From: Octopus vulgaris
Taxonomy: Eukaryota
DNA length: 64,000 nt
Direction of reading: 5' to 3'
Assembly (NCBI GenBank): GCA_951406725.2
Contig: OX597816.1
Coordinates: forward strand, 102,424,001 to 102,488,000
In this document: in pieces, positions 55,858-64,000 of the stretch
How the letters are laid out: every line of letters starts with the position of its first letter
Position numbering within the stretch: position 1 is the first letter of the stretch
Made by a program: the position numbers and the translations under genes
The notes under the pieces: model-generated
The model's database searches: none
The model's input: only the letters and a program-made list of their open reading frames with translations
What the model was told of the DNA's origin: nothing

Positions 55858-56418
55858 CGCGCACGTGTATCGGTGAATGATATAAACGTAAACGAGAAAC
55901 CGGAAAACCGATACCGTTTTCCCTTATCACTCACATTGTCATCAAGAATGCAGAAACCGACTCGTTGTAACCAAGAAACCAATAAAAGTATTCACAATTC
56001 GTGATAGAAAACGAAAAGATGCAAATCTCTCCTTAAAGACAGTAATACAAAAATAGCAAGAAGTTGCTTATAGGTGTAGACATAGTCATGCTGGTTAAAA
56101 AATTTCGGACTCGACTCCAATGTGAGATATTTTAAGTAAGAGGCTAGGGTCAACTGAAGTCTTTTGACCCTATACTATAGGCTAGGGTCAACTATAGCCT
56201 TTTGAACCAAATTTGGTAGATGTGAGGAAGCATATCACCTGGACTGTACCTGCTTTTGAACTTGTTTCATGGTTTAACATCACAGCATGGTACAGTAATT
56301 GGATGTTTGGTGTGCAGTCCCATTGCACGGCAACTTAAGCAAGTATTTTTGCTATAGCCCCCATGTCACCCAATGCCTTGAGAGTGAATTTAGTTGCCGG
56401 AAACTGCGGAAGACCGTC

Positions 56419-56517
<99 letters not shown>

Positions 56518-56559
56518 TGTATGTATGTATGTATGTATGTATGTATGTATGTATGTATG

Positions 56560-56600
<41 letters not shown>

Positions 56601-56848
56601 CAGAATTATTAGTGAGGAATTATCAAAATACTTTATAAGCTCCCTGTTAGTACACCAAGCTAACAATATTGTTTAGCTTAGTAAAGAAATCCGCATATTT
56701 TTGTTGTAGGATATATATATATATATATATATACATGCATACATACAAGTATGCATACATATATATAGTATATAGGATCTTGGGTATGGCCAAAACAGTG
56801 CGAAGTAAATCATATATGTCTGTATATATATATATATATATATATATA

Positions 56849-58500
56849 CTACCAGAGATACCCGGCGTTGCCCGAGTTACATACATTTGAAGAATTTGAC
56901 TTTTCTGTTATATTTTCTCTAATGAACTTGAATTCCTCAAAATTGCAGATGAGGGTTATTTTCCTCTTTACACACCCAAACAAAATTGTGATCGTGCCAT
57001 ATATATCCCATACTACTGATTTTTATGCGCATATTCCAAAATTCCAGTCTTATTGAATCTGTTAAAAAGATTTTGCTCCTGAAAAATGAATGTCATGGAG
57101 CTCTAAAACGTGAGAGTTAAGGCCCCTATTGGGGGTGGGCATCTTAATATCAACCAGAGAAGTTGAATTGTTGAGAATCTTTTTTTACTTGGGTCTTATA
57201 TCTATTGTTTGAATTTCTTTGAAATAGGAAATGTATGTTCACTGGGTTTGTAAAAGAGAGCAAAGCTACAGGAAACCAAAAGACGAATGATCCCAATAAT
57301 CAGTCAGTTACCCTACCCTAGTCGTTACCACTCCCAATGTAGGATCCTCACCATCCAGGTGACTGGCACAGCCGTAAGATGCATTACGAATCTATAGCAA
57401 TTGGAAGGGCGTGACCCAACTGAAATAACATTAAAAACTGTGTGATGTGAGGGCTAAGGAGAAATGAAAGTTGGAGTTTGCAAATGACCACTATACTGAT
57501 ATGTAACTGGGCAGAATAAATTTACAATCTATAAATGTCTTTGAATAACCAGTCACTCATCTGGGAAGGCCTTGAAATCAATGTTACCATCAGGAGACTA
57601 TGTGTAACCTCGTGATAATAGAAAGGCTGAAAGGAGATCTGAAATCAAATAGCTTTACACAACACTTTGCAACTGAATCAGTGGAGGCAAAAATGCCTCT
57701 CATTTACTTGACAATTTATGTAGCACATTGCAGAAATCACAATCTAAGTGTATGTCAAAGCAAACTCTTACACTGTTGTACCATTGAATTACAAATAATG
57801 CTCATCTTCTATTCTCGGATGACCCACATATTCCAAGAGTACAACTATTTGTCTTTGCTGAGATAAAATGACAAAATTGTGGGTATTAAGTCCCTATGAA
57901 GAGGTCTTTCTAATTTGTAAGAAGATGAAATTTTATAAATATTACTTCATTTGTATCTAATATCTATGGTTAAAATTTCATCAACAGCAAAAATATATGA
58001 ATTGTCATGGGGGTTGTGTCCCTTATGCATAGAATATAATTTCCAAATTTCGGAAAGATCCATTCTGTACTTTTGACTTAGTTTTGGATCATAAAAGAAA
58101 TTACTAAAATTTGGGAGTTAAGGTTCCCATTACGGTGTCTTAGAATTCTCATGTGAAGTGGAAACTTTGAGAATACTTCTTGATACCCATGGTTGAAATT
58201 TCATCAACATCGAAAATTTATGAATTTTCATGGGGGGGGGGGGTTCTGCCCCCTTTAAGCCATCCGATATTCAAAGCAAACATATTGCATTATACCCGCC
58301 CTTATGCATTGAATCTAAGTTTCAAATATCATAAGGATCCATTCAGAAATTTTGGTCCACGAAATTGTATGAAACACACAGCATTACCCTTCTCCCTGGG
58401 CTTCGATTTTGTGTTTCAAATTTCATTATGATCGGTGCAGCAGTTTTCAAATGTATAAGTAATACACGAACACATAAAGACATTGTCTTTGATATAATAC
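56849..58500 (-). mobile_element. Non-autonomous Helitron-like element
   Basis: Minus-strand 3' hairpin ACTCGGGCAACGCCGGGT followed by GTAG|T (CTAG variant); internal repeat GGTT(A/G)AAATTTCATCAACA at about 57968 and 58191; opposite end resembles 59810-59900. Confidence 0.55.
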
Positions 58501-58518
58501 ATATGAATGTACACATAT

Positions 58519-58700
<182 letters not shown>

Positions 58701-58956
58701 AAGATAAATTGATAAATACAACTGCGTGGGCCAACAAAAATATGAGACACAGCGTAGTGCTTTTTTTATGTTGATAAGCCTGGTACTTATTCTATTAGTT
58801 TCTTATTGTGAAACGAGTAAGTTATGGGGTTGTAAATAAACGAACAGCAGTTGTGAAGCAGTGATGAGGGTGAAACACAGAAACAAAGTCACACACATAC
58901 ACTTAAATTTATACATACATATACATACGATTGATTTCTTTAAGTTTCTGCCTACG

Positions 58957-59131
<175 letters not shown>

Positions 59132-59479
59132 ACACACACACACACACACACACACACACTGAACTGAGGACCATGTGTTTTGGAACGAAGTTTGTTACCA
59201 CACACCCACACCTGCACCTGTGTGTGTGTATGTGTGTATGAGTGTATATATGTATGCATGTATATATGTGAATATATATGTGTACATATTACATGTACAT
59301 CTCTCTCTCTATATATATACATCTACACATATATATATATATACATATACATCTATATTTATAGATGTATATGTATATAGATGTATACATATACAGCTAT
59401 ACACACATACACACACACATACATAGGTGCAGGTGTGGCTGTGTGGTAACAAACTTCGTTCCAAAACACATGGTCCTAG

Positions 59480-59899
59480 GTTTAAATTTAAATTCAAAAT
59501 AATAAGGGTGAGAAATTGAATATTGATTTGATTAATATGAATTGAAAACCAGTCGTGTAGCATACAAGACCATAGCAGATCTTCTTCTAGCAAAATGGAT
59601 GTCCACTGTTAATGGTTCATCCCTCTTATAAAATAGTTTCAGTATTAATGTGAAAGTATCTGACATTACAATAGAGAGATGTTTTTGTTTCACTTTTAAC
59701 ACGTAATACTGAAATAGTGGAGAAGATATGATATTGTTGTGGACTCGCCCTAAGCAAGATGTTAGAAGTTTTTTTACCCATGACACTACATGGACCCTAA
59801 GTAAGGCATGTGTAAAATTTGAATGAAATTGGTTGTGTAGTTCTCAAGTTTTAGGGATTCACACAGACAGACACACATTTTCAGTTTTATATATAGAGA

Positions 59900-59902
<3 letters not shown>
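59480..59902 (-). mobile_element. Helitron-like 5' end fragment
   Basis: Minus strand begins TCTTCTCTATATATAAAA then (GTCT)n, typical of non-autonomous Helitron 5' ends; inner boundary uncertain. Confidence 0.5.
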
Positions 59903-59969
<67 letters not shown>

Positions 59970-59986
59970 CCATGTATGTATGTGTG

Positions 59987-60071
<85 letters not shown>

Positions 60072-60465
60072 AGAGTTCACGTGCACTGCCTTTCATCTTT
60101 CACGTCATGACAGACATGGCGCGTCCGCCACGCCGTTGAATGAACTTGGCGCCCATCAAAATCGATATATACTGCAATCACTCTCATCAGCAGCAGCAAA
60201 ACTAATGCCAAAATTTTTTTCATTGAAACAAGGCAGGACAATATGGAGGAAGGAAACTGTCGATTATATAACCACTTTAATATTTAAACATTACTTTATT
60301 TTATCGACTCCAGAAAGATAAAAAGCAAGGTTGGCTTGAATGAGATTTGAGCTCAGAAACTAAAGAGGCGGAACAAATACCGTAAGGCCTTTTTGTTTAC
60401 GCTCTAGCAGTTTTGTTAAGTCACAGTACTTCATGGGAATCATGATAATAATGACTGCTTTAAAG

Positions 60466-60796
60466 GTGGCGAGCTGGCAGAAACGTTAGCACGCCGGGCG
60501 AAATGCGTAGCCGTATTTCGTCTGCCGTTACGTTCTGAGTTCAAATTCCACCGAGGTCGACTTAGCCTTTCATCCTTTCGGGGTCGATTAAATAAGTACC
60601 AGTTACGCACTGGGGTCGATGTAATCGACTTAATCCGTCTGTCTGTCCTTGTTTGTTCTCTGTGTGTTTAGTCCTTTGTATATATATATACAAAGGACTT
60701 GTATATAAATAGGTATTTCGTATGCCGCTACGTTCTGAGTTCAAATTCCGCCGAGGTCGACTTTGCTTTTCATCCTTTCGGGGTCGATAAATTAAG
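60466..60796 (+). mobile_element. SINE family C with partial second unit
   Basis: Full unit, then restart at GGTATTTCG (about 60712) as in 51032-51421. Confidence 0.85.
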
Positions 60797-61775
60797 GAAT
60801 AATCGGTTGAATAGAGCCCAGTGCTCAACTGCTACTCAATTTATCCACCTTAAAGCCTAAAATGCGAAGTCGACTGCGGCGGAATTCGAACTCGGTACGT
60901 AAAGACAGACCAAATGTCGCAAAGCATTTTGTTTGTCATATAAACGATTCTGTATGCTCGCAAGCAACAACCACTACCACCGCCACAACAACATTCACCA
61001 CCACCGCCGCCGCCGCCACGACGACGACGACAACAACAACAATGACAACAGTACTTATATTTCTAAAAAAACATGAAGTTTATTTCCGATATGGTTTCTA
61101 AATTGATTCAATATTGTTTCTTTTCTGTCTTTTGTTGTTGAAGTGCAGAAGTAGGGCAGATTGTCTTACAGCTTGACAGATACCGGGTCCACCAGTTGTT
61201 AAAAAGACGCAGCAGTTGTTTAGTCGTCAAATGCTACCTACCTCCATCAGCTCCACGACAGCTACAACTATCGATACCACCACAATCACCACCATCATCA
61301 CTATGACCATTAGTAATACCACATCATCATCACTGCCACCATAAAAACTACACTACCAGTACTACAATACTCCGCCGTTACCACTATCATTACCACTATT
61401 ACAAGCTGTTACTGCCACAAAATAATATAACCTAAAAAGGAACAAAATATTCAATACAAAATATAGACGCGGCTGTTTTCAAGGAGAGTGAAGAGAGAGA
61501 GAGAGAGAGAGAGGAGGAGGGAGAGAAGGCAAGAGACGGAGAGAGAAATTTGCAGAAAGAGAGAAGGGAGAAGGAGAGATCCGATTCTTTGTCAAACATG
61601 CTTTAGTGAGGTAAAACTAGTATATCTCTGACGATAGTAAGTATAAAACCTGTTTCGGGTGTTATGTTTCAATGTCGTGATAAAAAGATATCATTTTGAT
61701 ATCGTTTTCCTCACGACATTGTAACAGAATACATCCGTTAGAATAAATTGGTCTCTGTTACCAGCGGAGTATATA

Positions 61776-61846
<71 letters not shown>

Positions 61847-61847
<1 letters not shown>

Positions 61848-62175
61848 TGATGTAGCCATACCAAATGACATAAATGTTGTGAGTAAAGAGGTTGAAAAAT
61901 CACCAAGTGGAAATGGCAAGACTGTATAGAATACGAGAGGGTAATGTAAAAGTGATACCAGTGGTGATCGGAGCGCTGGGCTCAATCCCATTGAAACTCC
62001 AAAACTTCTTAACGCAACTGGAAATCCCTTGCAAGATTGATGGCTGGCAAAAAGCAGCTTTATTGGGCACAGCGCACATCTTAAGGAAAGTACTATCTGA
62101 CTGAGGTCCTTGTTGTGACTTGACAGATAACTAAAGACTCCGGTGTATTTTTACCTACACTGTGTTACGAAGGAA
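61847..62175 (+). mobile_element. Dong/R4-type LINE 3' fragment
   Basis: IDVAIPND...VIPVVIGALG...QKAALLGTAHILRKVLSD*; (TAA)n upstream and TAA/(TGA)n downstream. Confidence 0.88.
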
Positions 62176-62177
62176 TA

Positions 62178-62221
<44 letters not shown>

Positions 62222-62268
62222 ATATATATATATATATATGTATATACATACATACATACATACATACA

Positions 62269-62300
<32 letters not shown>

Positions 62301-62380
62301 GTATAAAGGATCGTGGGTAAGGCCAAAACAGTGCGAAGTGAATCATATATGTATATATATATACCCATGAATGTATGTAT

Positions 62381-62444
<64 letters not shown>

Positions 62445-63615
62445 TTTGGCGGCATATTTTGGGAAAGAGAGAGAGAGAGCGAGAGAGCGGTAGAGATGGT
62501 TGGTGTGACCGTAGTTCTTGAGTTATCGACCTTGGAAAGAGGAAAAGCAAAGTCAATCCCACTGAAACATAAAGAGATGTAACCAAATACTGCAAGTCAG
62601 TTAATATGAATCTGCTAACCACTAATCCTAATCAGTTTATAATTTTAATTATAATGTTTATAATGTTATAATTATAATGTTTATAATATACATGTTTATG
62701 CGGCGATATACATACATACATGCATGCATGCATACATACATACATACATAAATACATACATACATACATACATACATATTGACTGCTAGTAGAGATACTG
62801 TGTTTCGTACCAATTATATTAAATTTTATAAGTATCCTACTTTATAATCGTACCAATTATATTCAATTTTATACTGTATCCTACTTTTTGTGTATTGGCT
62901 TAAAAACTTTTATTATACTTCGTAGTATATTATGGTCACAAAACCAAAATACAGTCTCCCCTGAAGCAAGTAATATGTACGTACCAGTTAAACGGAATAA
63001 GCTTAATATGTTAATTGGTCTATCCAATATCGTTACACAGCTAAACGTAATGACTATTTAAGAAATGTATTCGTGGATGGTTAATGAGTTGGATTAGAGC
63101 TGAAGAGGGATCAATAACTCCTGAAATGTGCATATACACTCATTATCTATTTTTCTATCTTCGATTGCATTGTTTACATAGACATATTCGTATACGAAAG
63201 GTTGTAACTTTCATTGCTGGCTCTCAATTCTATTGAAAATCTGTTGAGATAAAAGTGATACATACATATAAACATACATACATATGTGCATACATACAAA
63301 CATACATGCATGCCTGCATACATGCACATATAAATATCACGTTCCATAAAAATGTTTGGTTAATAAATCCCAGGTTGCATCATGCTGAAGACTTCTAAAA
63401 CAATGAAATAGTACTAGAACTTTGTAATTAGGTAAGCAAACAAACAAGAAAAAGGTAAATATGTTTATTCTAAGTACCTTTTCCCTCATAATTCCTTAAT
63501 TTCAAAAATCCAAATTTGTAATCCAGCCAGACATTATAAGAAATGATAATCTCCTTTTTTCTTTATCTCACTAGAGGATAACACATATATGTCTGAATAC
63601 ACACACACACACACA

Positions 63616-63647
<32 letters not shown>

Positions 63648-63923
63648 GATCGTAAAGACGGACGAAATGATGAAATACCGCTAAGCATATTGCTCGGCGT
63701 GTTAACGATTCGACCACCTGACCATCCTAGAATCAGTTTTGATATAAAGTCTCAGGATACACCACTCACGAAAAAAATTTGCCTGGTGTACATGGTAATA
63801 GTGTTTGCTTGTATATTGCTAGTATATTGTTCCTATGTTTTATATACTAAGGATCATGAACTTATAACCCTCATTATATGAATGTATGAATATTTGCTAT
63901 CTGTCTATATATGCGTACCTACA

Positions 63924-63999
<76 letters not shown>

Positions 64000-64000
64000 G

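Noticed and set aside
61625-61665. CTGACGA...AAAACCTGTTTCGGGTG
   Set aside because: AAAA instead of GAAA, G at the cleavage position, no stem I.
62805-62887. Approximately 40-bp direct duplication (similar short ones at 56141-56205 and 40660-40687)
   Set aside because: Two-copy local duplications with no spacer array; not CRISPR-like.

Overview
Repeat-saturated, AT-rich eukaryotic DNA, intergenic or deep intronic. I recognise no host protein-coding exon, and most ORFs in the supplied track are translations of microsatellites ((TA)n, (CA)n, (TATC)n, (TACA)n, (TTTC)n, (GA)n, (TAA)n). The repeat mix resembles a coleoid cephalopod such as Octopus; this is inference from recalled repeat families, not a database result. 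Supported content: (i) five 5'-truncated or decayed Dong/R4-type LINEs with a restriction-like endonuclease (RLE), three of them stacked in one (TAA)n array at 17.4-21.8 kb; (ii) a 3.1-kb CR1-group APE-RT LINE with a 705-aa open RT segment; (iii) RTE, L1/Tx1 and Penelope (GIY-YIG) fragments; (iv) a TIR-bounded Tc1 element, two mariner MITEs, hAT and Helitron/Helentron-like relics; (v) several tRNA-headed SINE families built from interchangeable heads and tails. Most notable by eye: a well-formed type I hammerhead ribozyme at 29066-29137 just upstream of the CR1 LINE, several further minimal or variant hammerheads in Penelope-type termini, a SINE 3' tail sharing a covarying hairpin with that LINE, and SINE dimers flanked by single 17-bp target-site duplications (TSDs). 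All structure and alignment calls were made by eye.
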